This document shows positions 13,588-26,670 of a stretch of DNA of 64,000 nt, piece after piece (positions within the stretch are counted from its first letter, which is position 1; every line of letters begins with the position of its first letter). The notes beneath the pieces are model-generated. The model was not told where the DNA came from, searched no databases, and saw only the letters and a list, made by a program, of their open reading frames with translations. The DNA is from Paragordius varius (lineage: Eukaryota; Animalia; Nematomorpha): the NCBI GenBank assembly GCA_964247055.1, contig OZ176051.1, positions 14,012,001 to 14,076,000 of the forward strand, written 5' to 3'. Both the position numbers and the translations under genes were made by a program.

Positions 13588-16500
13588 TTTATGATCGGCT
13601 GCAGGCGCGGAGAAGAACTTGGTATGTTCACTCCTGAGATGCGTGTACCTTTTGATTTTATAGGAAATCTTGTTTACATTCGGTGATAAATGGAATTTAT
13701 CTCATTATCTTCATCAATTTATTGCCAGTTTTATTATCCGGAAGAAATTCAATCACTCAGAATTATAATCACACATGAATTATTTCTACAGAACATACAA
13801 CTCCAAAATTTTCATCGACAATTTTATTCCCTGAGAACCATTCTTAAACATCAGTGGACCTATCATACTGATTCTTTCTATTGATTCTTATATCTCAATA
13901 CACCACCACTAAACTAATTCCTACATGGAAAGCAATAACTCTAAATAAGCTCCCGTAATTTAGCAATAAATATGGCCACCTGGAATACACGTGGCACTTC
14001 AGATAACAAATTGGATATAATAATTCGCGAGATGAAACGTTCAAACATCCATGTGTTAGGGTTGTCGGAGACGAATCTGCAACATGACTCACACAAAATA
14101 TACGACAATTACTCGTTTTATAACTCAGGCGCTGAGCTCAAACGAAATGGATGCGGTTTCTTAATATCGAATAATCTTGCCAAACATACTGATATATATA
14201 GACCTATCTCCCATCGAATTATATCCCTACGAATTAACACCAGACTCCAGGCTATAACAATATATCAAATCTATGCTCCCACGAGTGTCTCACCCGAAGA
14301 CGAATGCGAAAAGTTCTATAATGAGTTACAAATGGCTCTCTGTGAAACATCCAAGAAAGACATAACTTTCATCATCGGCGATTTTAGCTAACGATAAAAC
14401 AGACAAGGTAACTGGTGGAAAAGGCCTTGGTAAAGTCAAAACCCCCCGTGGTGAAAGGCTAATTGATTTTTGCCAACAAAACAATCTCTTTATAGCGAAC
14501 TCATTTTTCAAACAGCCTAACAGACGGCTCTACACCTGGACCTCACCGTGTCGTAAACACAGGAATCAAATAGACTACATATTGGGAATGCAAAAATACA
14601 AAAGCTCATTTAAAAACATCCGGTGCTATTCGAGTGCAGACTGCAACCCAGATCATAACCTCTTAATGGCCAAAATCAAAATAAAGCTACAACTTCCACA
14701 GCCGTTAAAAAACTTTTCCAAAACTAAATTGAACTACAAACTTATACCCGCCCATTTTACTCCAATCCTTAACAATAAATTTGAATCCCTAAAATACGAA
14801 ACATTGAACACAGATGATCTTTGGTCTACTATTCACAAAATTACCACCGAAGTAGCCAAAGAGAATATACCGCCTGCAACTAAAAACAAAAAATTTACCA
14901 TATCACAACAAAGCATCTCTAATTGAACAGAGAAGAGTAGCAAAATCCAAGGGCACTCCCCTTGAGTACAAAAATATTAATAATAACTACAAAGAAGTAT
15001 AAGATCCGACAAAGAATCTCATTATAATACAATCTGCGCTAACCTAGAGCAAGCTGCTAAACTTAATCACAACTACTTCTCTTATATTAAAGACATTCAA
15101 CCGCGCAAAAAACAAATGTACAAAGGTCATATGTCTCAATCAAACGGAAAACTTCTAACCGATAAAAAAGGAGTAATTAAACTTTGGGAAGAATACATCC
15201 AAAATTTATTCTCAAAATCAAATATAATCGCCATGAACTCTAAACAAACTTATGACTCTCCTATACTAAAAAAAGAAATTGAATGGGCCTTGAAGCATTC
15301 ATCAACCGGCGCAAAAGGATTCAATGACATCCCTACCGAGTTACAAAGGCACATTCCCATAAAATTAGTTCTTTCATTTTTCAAAAAATCTTCGATGAGG
15401 CAACATTCCCGACGGACTGGAACAAATCACTAGTGGTCCCGATATTCAAAAAGGGCGATCCTAAACTATGTGAAAAATACCGTACAATAGCATTTTTAAA
15501 TCAAACCTCAAAAGTTTTCTTTAAAATAATACAAAACCGTCTACAAACATATGTCAAACCGGAAATCTCAATGACCCAGGCAGGCTTTAGAGAGAAAAGA
15601 GGATGCCGAGACATGATCTCAAACCTTAGATGGATAATGGAATAAAACTGTAAATTCCAAAATGAGCAACACCTATGCTTCGTGGGTTTCTCTAAAGCCT
15701 TCGATACCGTTAAACATGACATTCTCTGGAAGGCCCTAAACAAATAGGAGTTTCCGATCACTTAATCAATCTCATTAAATCCATATACTCCAACTCCTAC
15801 CTATTACTTAACACCCCGCATGGCCCGACCTCTTGGAGTCCAATGAACATAGGTCTGCGTCAAGGCTGCATTTAATCCCCCATGTTGTTCAACATATATT
15901 TGGAATGTATCATGAGGGATCTAAATCTGCCAGGAATAAAAGTGGATCACACTCTGACGACTCTCCACTACGCAGACGACACGGTTATCTTAGCAAATTC
16001 ACAAACAAACCTCGAAAACAGTCTCCGAACTTTTATAAATGTGAGCAAAAAATACAATCTTACATTAAACCTCAACCAAACTAAAATATAGCATATCAAC
16101 TCCCCTCATTCCTATGACTCGCTTCGGATTAATAACGAAACAATTCAAGTAGTCAACGAATCCACATACCTTGAAAGCATTACCAACAACTCAAGCTCCA
16201 GTTCCCAAGAAAAAAGAAGACGCATAGCTATCGCCAAATGCGCTCTAGCCTCAACACTACAAGATATGAAAATTTCATATCATAACCCTTAAAACAAAAA
16301 TCCGACTAATAAACGCATGAATATTTCCTATCATGCTATACGGATGTGAAAGCTGGACTATCAAAAGTGAAGACGAAAAAAGAATAAACGCTTTTGAAAT
16401 GTTTTGCTGGAGAAAAATACTTGGTATAACATGGAAGGACAAAATAAAGAACATCGACATTGTAAATAAAATTAACGCACAAACAACGCTTCGGGGTAAA

Positions 16501-16757
16501 ATAATAAAACAAAAATTCGGTTCCTTTGGACACATTATTCGGGGCAATTTTTTGGAAAAGGATATTATGTTAGGAAAAGTAAATGGTAAGAGAGGAAGAG
16601 GACGCAGACGTATTCGCTGGGTAGACGAAATCTTATCACTTTCCAAATTGTCACTGCAAAAACTATCTCAAAAAGCTCACGACAGAACCGAATGAAGGAA
16701 GTTTTCCTACAAAATCGCTAATGGTCGATAACCGACTACAAGCTCAACATCAACAAC
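13588..16757 (+). mobile_element. Near full-length RTE-clade (BovB-like) LINE, degenerate
   Basis: Apurinic endonuclease (ATWNTR..LGLSET..QIYAPT..IGDF); reverse transcriptase (RT) (PIFKKGD, QAGFR, KAFDTV, LHYADD); C-terminus LYGCESWT..GKRGRGR; CAA-type tail; TSD atttatt/attcatt. Confidence 0.92.
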
Positions 16758-17827
16758 ATTCATTGAGCCTTATTTTTCTGGATGATTTATAATATTGCAA
16801 TTGAGTAAGGGTATAAAATTATTTTCTAACCTTTCTTGACTTGGAATTTTAGATATTTTTCCTGTGAAAATAGAATTCTAGGCGATCATACATTTTTAAA
16901 ATTTTTTCAATAGCTGACAAAAGAGCTAACCAACGAGTTCTACAATATTCAAGCATTTTAACAACTACATTTTCCACATCCAGGGGTACAAATCAGCAGC
17001 TGTTTGAATAGCGTTGTGCATCCGCCAATAATGTTTTGATTAAGATTATTCGCTAAATTATAAAAAATATTTTTTTGTACCGCTCCTTGCATTTCCACCC
17101 AGCGCACTTTGCGATAATTTTGTCTTTTAAATTATTTTTTCCAGAATATTGAAGTAAAATTTATGTCAGAATTTTCACTAGGTAGAGAATGAGAGTGGGA
17201 AATAATTTTGAGCATCAGACTATAGCGATATAAAATTTATTTTCTGCAAATCTTTCTCTATTTCAGAAAATACATGTGGTGAAAGGACATTGCATACAAT
17301 CGCTTTACCCATTTTTCGTGCACATGTAAATTTATATAATAAGGTACGAATAACCTTACACCAAGGAATAAAATATTTTTTTATTTTATAATTGTGTTAA
17401 AAATAAATAAGTATTACAATAAATTTTTTTCATAAAATTTTTTGGTTGCAACCCCCCCCCTTTCTCAGATTTGTCCCGCTTTTTCCTTAAAATTTGGTCA
17501 CCCTACATATAAGCCACTTAGTTACAATTGTAAAATATAGTAATATTATATATTATTTTACACTTTGTCATTTAAAACAATAAGTTATACTGAAATAAAT
17601 CAAGATTTAAAAAGTATGGTTGTCTTCTAGAAAATTTGTCTTAATATTTTTACGTTTTGTCCGTATAATTTCAGTTTTTGCTGTAAGTTTTGTCTCTAAT
17701 TTTTTAAGTTTTAAGGTAAATTATTAAAAAGTTTTAAGGCATTCCATGCCATTTTTAAACTGACATTCACATATTATTCGCAAAATTCAATTACCTTTAC
17801 CTAACATATCGAAAAAAGAAAATATAC

Positions 17828-18420
17828 CTTGATCGACTGGCAGGATAGCAGATTTATTAATGGTCCAAAATTGACTCCCTTTGCCACATTGATTTCCGCC
17901 CATTTTTATGAATTTTGGGTTTAGAGATAAGTTGTGCCTTAAGCTATTACGCCATCCCTTTTCCCGTATGTTACATACCTGAGGATATTTGGTTAGAACA
18001 TAGATATATATATCTTGAAGAATTAACTTTTGATTGGGTAAATATGTAATATTAATAAATTAAATTAATGTAATTGAGATGGGAATTATTGTTAATTTTG
18101 AGGGAAATAATAGAGTTTAAAGATGTTGAATTTTTATTATTTTATTTTTCTCTTGATTGTCATATGTTTCGGTTTTTTAAGTTATTCGATCATATTGAAT
18201 AGTATATGGTTTGACAAATGACACAAAATCGGAATTAAGCATTGCTTTATTATCTGCCAGCTGGTTTTTATACAATTTTACTTGTGATATTTTACAATGC
18301 GGTATTAAAGGATGACCCGCTTCAATTGGACTTGGAGTATTTAAGTGTTTATAAATGTGTTGTATTGGCTTAATATATTACATGGAGTAGATATTCCATA
18401 TGCCAAAAATTCGTATAATA
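17828..18420 (-). pseudogene. Forkhead-box (FoxQ2-like) gene remnant
   Basis: Minus strand reads LPNQKLILQDIYIYVLTKYPQ..KGWRNSLRHNLSLNPKFIKM..GKGSQFWTIN, then a GT donor at 17827. The helix-1 motif NYINLI is in another frame, and upstream in-frame TAA stops are present. Confidence 0.8.
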
Positions 18421-18479
18421 TCTTTGAAATAAACTATGAGTATTCAAATCATTAGTTGGATCAAAATTTGAGATATTCA

Positions 18480-18656
18480 TTATTACTAGAAAGTTAAGTA
18501 TTGCCAAATAGCATATACAGCAAAGGGAAGTATTATTGGCATATAGTTATTTTTTTCACTTTTTTACTATTATTAGCTAATTATATTTCACTTTGCTCCA
18601 TATGCTATTTGGCAATAATTAATGAAAAATTAGCAAAAGTATACTTACTCATACTG
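18480..18656. mobile_element. ~180-bp palindromic MITE family (copies also at 22772-22947 and 38665-38842, fragment at ~42387-42460)
   Basis: Arms gccaaatagcatatacagcaaag / ctttg..tatgctatttggc; end ctcatactg|ta. Confidence 0.7.
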
Positions 18657-18952
18657 TAAGTATCTGAATTTTTTACTATAATAGTTGGATAACAAATTAT
18701 GTATTGCATCAAGCTAATTTACGGTTTAGAAAATGTTTTAAAAATAAGAAATCAATAATGACAAGTGGAAAAACACAACGAAGAATAGTCTACGAAACCA
18801 GGAGGTATCTTATACCCAAACTGTCACCCAAAATTAAGAGTTTTGATTTTTTGGTTTCAGTTGAGTTCATAAAATATTTTTAAATTGTCTAACTATTTTT
18901 ATTATGGTATAAGTGACTCTATGTCTTGTATCACCCCTATAATAATGGAATG

Positions 18953-19191
18953 CAGAGGCGTAGCTTGCATTTCTGGCCTCTCTCACCCCATTAAACCATT
19001 GAATTTTAACAAAATAATTAAATTGGTGGTTATGTCCAGTCATAAATGGTCATGATTTTTTTTATATATTATTTGAAATTATATTTAAATACCTATTTTT
19101 GGAAATAAAAATATAAAAAATGTTAAAATCCGCCCTTTCAACTATAGCGCCTAGAACACCCCCTTTCTTGCCCCCTAGCTACGCCTCTCTG
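18953..19191. mobile_element. Short hAT-type MITE
   Basis: Termini cagaggcgtagct / agctacgcctct, related to the 38172-39410 element. No clear TSD. Confidence 0.55.
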
Positions 19192-19859
19192 CAGTGGCTA
19201 TTATTTGAAAAAAATCCCCACAGAAAATATTTTATAAAGCCGTGTAATCCTTATTTTTGGGTGAAATGAAAATATTTGTGTCATTGAAAATTTAATAAAG
19301 CAGAAAGAAGAAAATTTTGTTGAAATTAACACCACAATCTTGTTTGAAACTAATAAAGTATTCAAATATAAATGTTAATTTATACATTTAACCGGGGGTT
19401 TATTGAGCGCATCATTTTAATGTGGTGTTGTTAACGTAAAAGAAACATTTTTTACAATAGATACAATTATTCAACATGACAAAACTAATTTTTTAAAAAT
19501 TGTGGTGTAAGAAAATAGCGGAGAGCCTAGAGATAAATGTAGTACGAAAAACATAATATATCTCTCACGCATTACATGCGTTCGTGTACATACGCGCGCA
19601 ATAAATAGCTATTATAATGACGACACAACCAGTTTTTTATTATTTATTTTTTCCATAAAAAATCTTTTATATATTTTATACTTTTTAATATAAAGTTTCA
19701 TTAAATGAAATCGTATTCAAACCCAAAACATTTTAAACTTGTGATAGTTGGGGGAGGGGCCGGTGGAATATCACTAGGCTCAATATTTTCCAGAAAAATT
19801 CCCAAATCCCAATTGGCCATTATTGAACCGGCAAAAGTATACTTTAATTGTTGTGTGAT

Positions 19860-20000
19860 ATAAAATAGCGTATGGCATAAAATATTATTAGTCCATAAAA
19901 GAATAAACAATGTTTTTTTAAAAAACAAGCCTAGTTGTATATACACATCCATTATTCTTATATGGACTAATATTGTTTTATGCCATACGCTACTGTATAT
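19860..20000. repeat. ~140-bp inverted repeat (small MITE)
   Basis: tagcgtatggcataaaatattattagtccata..gaataa versus ttattc..tatggactaatattgtttttatgccatacgcta. Confidence 0.65.
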
Positions 20001-20194
20001 AATTTCTAAATTTTTTCAAAATAGTTATCATAAAGCGCTTTTATGTCAGTTCAACTAGGTTATTTGTATAGCCAAAATAAATCATTAAATGGCCGAGTTG
20101 AATAAATGTATCATGTCATATATCAACAAATTCTTTTTCTTTTTTGAATCTAATGTATAGTATTTAAAAATTAAAAAAAAATGAAAGTTTGCGT

Positions 20195-20198
<4 letters not shown>

Positions 20199-20250
<52 letters not shown>
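20199..20250. repeat. (TA)n microsatellite
   Basis: Pure TA run. Similar runs at 3745-3768, 22618-22638, 23967-24017, 25535-25568, 42771-42818, 45063-45091 and 54570-54586. Confidence 0.95.
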
Positions 20251-20255
<5 letters not shown>

Positions 20256-22617
20256 AAAATGGAAAATGCTGGCTGATCTGTTTCGGAAAAACCGGTAGAC
20301 CCATTCAGATCCAAATGTTAAAAAAATACATTAATGAATGCCCGACAATAGTTTTGCCCTTTTTTGAATTAGGTCCCTAGTTCGGACCCACCCCGTTTAA
20401 AAAACGGTTTTTTTTGAAAACACAAGTCTACAAAAGTCGCGTTAAGACACCTTTCCAGAAAACGTGTGTAATTATTCGATTTTAAATATGATATTTATTT
20501 ACTTTTTTTGATTGCGCCGAGTCGGCTCGCTTTTTTAATTTTTACCCTCTTTTTACCCGCTCCCCCGTAAAATGCCATTTTTTTAAAATAATTTTTTGTA
20601 TCTATTTTTCGCCCAAAATATGAGACCGTAAAAATTCGATAATGATTCCAGGTATTCCTGTTAAAAGGCACAAATTTAAGTCAGGCGTTTCTTTGATGAT
20701 AGCTGCTGGGTAAGGAAAGACTCGCTAAAAACTGACCCATCATATCGAAATAGCGTGCTTTTGGGGTTAAATTTCAGAAAGCCTATCAGGCCATAGGAGT
20801 TCAATAGCTGCTTAAAGTATTACCCATAATAAGGCAAAAATTTTGGTCGTGCGACAATTAGCCCTTATTTAGGCCCTTCACGCCTTGAAAAATGCGATAC
20901 CATAAAATGATTTTTCAGTTTTGAGCCAATTTTTCCATAAACTGATGAGAGCATATGGAATCGATCATGATTTCAGGTATTCTCCGTAAAAAGTTCAAAA
21001 TTTTAATCAAGCGCTTTTTTTGTATCAGCGGGTAGGGAGCTACCCACCTAAAACTGGACCAATATATCGAAATGGCGTGTTTAGGAGTTTATTTTCAGAA
21101 ATCTTATCAGGCCATATAAATATAATAAGGGCCTAAAATATTACCCGTGAAAAGGCAAAAATTTAATTAAAGCGGTCTTATTAAATTCCGTTAATTATGC
21201 CGTTTAAGCCCTAAAAAATGCGCTATCATTGAACTATAATTTAGTTTTAAAGCCATTTTTCCAAAAACTGTTAAGAACATATGAAATGAATGATGCTTCC
21301 ATCTATTCCCCTATAATGGGAAAATTTTTTATCGAACGTCTTTTTTATATTAGCCTCTGGGTAGGGGGCTACCCGCCAACAACTGTGCCGCCATATCGAT
21401 ACAGCGTGACTTTGAAGGAAAATTTTAGAAAACTTATCAGGCTATATGAGTTTAATAAGGGCTTGAAATATAACCCGAAAAAAGGCAAAAATAAAATAAA
21501 GCGGTTTTATTAAATTACCCCTTAATTAGGCCCTTGCCCTGAATGCGCCCCCGTAGAATAACTTTTTGGTTTTGAGGCAATCGAATCCCACAAGAGCATA
21601 TGAAATCAATCATGATTCCAGATATTACCCGAATTAAAGATTTTATAGGTTTTTTGGTTCGCCCCTGTTTAGGGAGCTACCCACGTAAAACTGCGTAACC
21701 ATATCTATAGAGCACGCCATTGGAGCCAAATTTCAAAAATTTATATGAGTCTAATAGGAACATATGGAATCCATGATCCTGATATTCATATAAAGGCAAA
21801 TTTGCCCAACGCTTTTTTCATACCGGCCCCTGGCTAATAAGCTAGGCCAAATATTGTGCCACACTCTAGAAATTGCGCTGTTTTAGAGCTAATTTTAAAA
21901 ATCCATATGAGTTAATTAAAAGCTTTAAATATTAACCGTAACTAGGTAAAAAAAGGCAGGCGTTTTTTTATTAGCCGTTAATTTAGGGCCTTTATGCCCT
22001 AAAATTACGCCATCATATGAGGATTATTTAGTATTGAGGTATTTTTTCAGATAACCCATACGACGATGGTATCAAAGATGATTCCAAATATTTGCACTAT
22101 TAAGGAAAAGAATTTAACTCAGCGCTTTTTCCAAATAGGTCTATGGGAAGGGGCTGACCGGTTTAAAACTGAGACGCTGTACAAAAATGGCGTGGTTTTG
22201 GAGATTTCCAAAAAACTTAAGAAGCCATACGAGTTCAGTTAAGCACATTTCTGGGAATTCTTATAATATTATTCTTTCTTTTAAAAAAGACCACGAATGA
22301 TTTACTTTTTATATCCCTTCATCCCAGCTGTGCGAAAATAATTTCAAAATAATACTTTTGTCAATGATTTCATAAAACGAAATCTTATAATAAATACAAT
22401 GATAGTTTAATATAAACTTTATTAAAAGACAGTTTAAATATGGTCAATTTTGAGTAAACAATATTTGAGCCTATGCAAAAACCCGTAAAAGAATAATTAA
22501 AGTTCTTTTTATTGAATATGTTTATTATTATTTTTTTATCTCCATAACCTCTAATTATTGCAAATAAATACGAATAATTATCAGAGAGACTACGTCACAG
22601 CGAAGCAACAGGGCCAG
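20241..22617 (+). mobile_element. Non-autonomous Helitron, copy A, between two (TA)n tracts
   Basis: 5' ..tttataaaaatgg..gctggc and 3' tacgtcacagcgaagc..gggccag match copies B and C. Terminal CTAG is missing. Internal ~160-bp repeats. Confidence 0.8.
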
Positions 22618-23235
22618 TATATATATATATATATATATTTATCAAATATATATCATTTTTTTGGTTAAAAAAAATAATCAAGATGGATTGATCGATAGAT
22701 TTTTTTCCCAATAATAATAATTACTTATTCTGCCATAGCTAATTTCTTTTTAGTGTTAAATTTTAATATTATAGTATGAATAAGTATACATTGCTAGAAA
22801 GTTATTAAATCTTGCCAAATAGCATATACACACAACAAAGGGTAGTATCATTGGCTTATAGTTATTTTTTCACTTTTTACTATTATTAGCCAAAAATATT
22901 TCTCTTTGGTGTATATGCTATTTGGCAATAATTAATAACTTTCTAGCTGGCACCCAGAGTTAGAGTCCGGCGCCCTACCTACTAAACCATCACGCCTTCA
23001 ATTTCAGCTTTGACTGCTTTTACTGTAAAAGGAAAAATTCCAAAATACTAATAATTCTTATTTTTATTAAGGCACTGATGTTTGTTAAACTATAATTTTT
23101 ATTTATAAATCCATTGTTTTGGATTACAGTAATAGATATAGGCTTATTCGATTATATATTTTACATTAATAAATCCTACTTTACTCAATATTTTTTTATT
23201 ATTTAGATATTTTATTCTTAATACTTACGTATTAG

Positions 23236-23965
23236 ATCAGCTATGATATTCTGGTGATTGTTATGGATTTACAATTGGACTTTCACGAGGTAACACATAT
23301 ATTTCTCGTCAATGAAGCTTTATTTCATTATTTTAATCACTATTAAGATATTATTCCAAAATATAAATGAAAATAATTTTTTTTCTGTATAAAATTAAAT
23401 AAACTAAACAGTAAAATCTTAAAAACGAAATATTTTAGAACACAACCAAACATTTTCAAAACTTAATTTTTGTTAAATTTACTCATCAATTTTGTTTGCA
23501 AAAAAGTTATTGCTAGTTATGAGCGAAAAATAGAGGTTTGAAAAAAATGGCTGTTTTATAATAGACTTAGAGTTTTTACGTTTTGTAAAGTGTATTAATC
23601 ATGCAGCAGATGTGAAACATAGGATTTGGATACCATATTAAACATAACCTCAGTATTTAGTTATTTATATAAAATATATTTTAATATATCACAGGTAAAA
23701 GGTTTGAAAGAGAGCATTTTAGATTCAAAATCCAAAGTAACCACAAATTATTCGCCTGAAACGGTGACCAAAACTTTTCCGCTCATTGAAAGACTTCGGT
23801 CAGGAAATGCCTGCTTTACATTCCCAGAAGGACCTATAAAATGTGCCGGGGCGGCCCAAAAAATTATGTATCTGGCAGAATCGTATTCAAGAGAGGTGTT
23901 CGATAAAAAGATCTTTTTTTTTCCAAATTTCATGGAATATAATATTTATAAAACTATAATCTGTT

Positions 23966-24020
<55 letters not shown>

Positions 24021-24660
24021 GCATGGCCATCGATCCAAAATAAATTTTCATTACATGACACCATCAGCCGAAATATTTTTGCCAAGCATGGGAAAGCGTT
24101 AGAAACTCTATGTCAAACGAGAGATATCAAATTTAACCCATTCCACAAACTGGTTGAAATTGATGATATTAATACGACAGCATATTTTGAACGCCTGAAT
24201 TGGTCAACTAAAAACTACCCAAAAATAATACCCTTTAAAGTACAGATAATATAATATATAAATCATATGTAACGTTTGATTATTTCGCTATCTTTCAATC
24301 TTTTGATAATAATATCATTTTTTTCATGTGACACCTCCTATGGGTGCTCCAGAACCCTTAAAAAAAGTCCTTTAACCGATTTATGTGTTGAACCCAAAGG
24401 ATATATGTTAGTTGATAAGGAACAGTTTCGCCAAAATATCCCAATGTATTTGCTATCGGCGATTGTGATAATGCTCCCAAAAGCAAAACCGCCGCAGCCG
24501 TCGGTATATCATTCATTAAAAAATATATTTTCATTTTTTCTTTTGAGATTTGCAACCGTTTCATTATAATATTTTCAGAAATTAATAAATTACAGTATGC
24601 ACAATAATGTTGCTCAATTCTCACTATTATGGCTAATTGGTAATACAGTAACGTATGATA
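23236..24660 (+). pseudogene. SQOR: Sulfide:quinone oxidoreductase, partial and apparently disrupted
   Basis: Exons 23236-23289 (ISYDILVI..QLDF), 23695-23895 (VKGL..GNACFTFP..PIKCAGAAQKIMYL), 24022-24239 and ~24325-24503 (HVTPPM..YPNVFAIGDC..SKTAAAV). Frameshifts near 24079, 24363 and 24420; no AG acceptor before HVTPP; degenerate YDGY exon. Confidence 0.88.
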
Positions 24661-24744
24661 TAAAACAAACTTGTTTCCATAATTGAATAAAATATAATGT
24701 TGTAAGATAAGAAAAATTGTAATTTTAACCATTTGTTAAGCCTA

Positions 24745-25470
24745 AGGATAGGAGGGAGAAGAATTAACAATTTAAGATTCGCAGATGACACGACGCTGAT
24801 CGCAGACAATGTATAAAACTCAAATAATATGATAAGGTTAGTAAGTGAAGAAAGTAAAAGATATGGATTGAACCTTAATCCTGAGAAAACCAAAGTTATT
24901 AGTCTGTTTAGAAACAAACCTAACATAACCATAGAAGACACCCCAGTAGAAGTAGTGAACGAAATCCTATTCTTAGGCTCTCTCAATATCAACGGCTCCT
25001 CCCCGCCAGATATTAAACGCCGCATAGCATAAAGGAAGTCAGCTGCGAACAAATTAAAATGATGGAAAAGGAAAGATATGCCTATGAAAACTAAAATGAG
25101 AGTAATGAAATGCATGGTTTTTCCGGTAGTTAATGCTGCCGAAAGTTAGACATTATTACAGAATGATAAAAAAAGGATTGCATCATTTCAAATGTTAGTT
25201 GGACGGGAATGTTAAATATTGGTCTGACAAGATTAAGAATGAAACAATAAGAAAAAATTAAAAAGAGTCACTTAATGGGAGCTAAAATAAAAAGAAATTT
25301 CACGACATTGGTCACATTTAAAAAGTACATCTATTGGAAAGGATTTAATTTTTGGGAAAGTTGAAGGAAAAAGAAAAAAGGAAAAAAGGAAGACCGATGT
25401 TAAGATGGCTGGACACTGTAAAGGTAGATGTATAAGGGAAATGAAAGAAATAGCTTGGGAAAGAGCTGGT
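24745..25470 (+). mobile_element. 5'-truncated degenerate RTE-clade LINE fragment
   Basis: GGRRINNLRFADDTTLIA..YGLNLNPEKTKV, plus C-terminal remnants with stops. Confidence 0.88.
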
Positions 25471-25527
25471 CATTTTATTTCAAGAAATTACCCAACTACC
25501 TACCATAACCTACCTGCCTAAGAAAAA

Positions 25528-25571
<44 letters not shown>

Positions 25572-25589
25572 TGAAAAAAAATTTTATCA

Positions 25590-26670
25590 AAATATTTTTT
25601 TTATGAGACAGCCTATGACCATCGTATTCATAAGTAAAATTTTTTATTTGTTTACGACATAGTTTATCAAATATTGAGAGTAAATAAAATCGAAATCGGA
25701 CAAAATGTAAAAATTAGGGGATAATTAAGGATAGTTCGAAAAATAATGATAAAAGTTGAGATTTTATGGTTAATTAACGTTTTAAATATTTTCTATATAT
25801 AATTAGCCTAAAATTATATAGTTAGGGTTTTTATAAAATCTCGGTTCAAAAGATGACGTTTTTCTTTTTAACACACTTAACAAAATATTATTTATGAAAC
25901 TCTATTAAAATATTGTATTAATTATTTACCAGCTTAACTTTGTATTAAATTGTTAACATTCATATTTTATTTAGTAAACAAACTTATGTATCAAAATAAA
26001 ACTAAAAAATTTTGTTTTATATTTTTTCCTTTTTTGTCATTTTAATTTTTAAATTTCATATAAGAGATAATTATTAAAATTAATAAAAAATAAAATTTAC
26101 AACCAAAAATCCACACATATCCCAGCAAAAATAATATGTGTTAAACAAACGTTTTACAGATATTTCTAAGGGTTGTTGGTTGTTTCACTACTTTTAAATT
26201 CTATATTGCAATAATATACTTTATAGTTCCCACTCATGTAAGATTTCAAAATAAAACATAATATAAATTTATACACTCATAAACCAGATGAAAAAAATAA
26301 TATATAAAAACAATATTTATAAGTTTTATTTTGATATATAAGTTGTTTTGGAATAAAATATGAATGTTAAGATTTTAATAGTAAATGATTGAAATAAATA
26401 TTTTAATATAATTTTATCAAAAAAAATTTGTGTTTTAAAAGAAAAACGGCATCCTGAGATTTTATAGAAACCCTAACTTGATTTTAGGCAAATATCTAGA
26501 TGAAATGATAATTAACCAATACTCAACTTTTATCATTATTTTTCGAATTATCTTTAATATTTATTTTCACTTTTTGCCCGATTTCAATTTTCTTTTAATA
26601 TTTTAAAAACTAGGTCGTCAACAAATTAAAATTTTTGCGGTATATAGATAATAAACTACCTCATGAATAT
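25590..26670. repeat. Foldback element with ~400-bp imperfect inverted arms
   Basis: 25590-26010 is the reverse complement of ~26300-26670, e.g. gttagggttttataaaatctc / gagattttatagaaaccctaac. Confidence 0.65.

Larger units (their letters stand above)
12086..17352 (-). pseudogene. Second, inverted hAT transposase remnant interrupted by a CACT element and a LINE
   Basis: 12086-12353, 13467-13587 and 16758-17352 are reverse complements of ~10545-11985, e.g. gttccaggtaaagataatgcaaa and caacgagttctacaat. Confidence 0.85.
9916..17505. mobile_element. Composite hAT transposon containing two oppositely oriented transposase copies plus nested elements
   Basis: Termini TAGGGTGACCA (9916) and TGGTCACCCTA (17495-17505). 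Flanks tatattat/catataag match only 5/8. Confidence 0.8.

Noticed and set aside
20189-20380. ORFs with poly(YI) stretches (also 42647-42914, 45029-45214 and the tail of 23626-24021)
   Set aside because: These are translations of stop-free (TA)n microsatellites.
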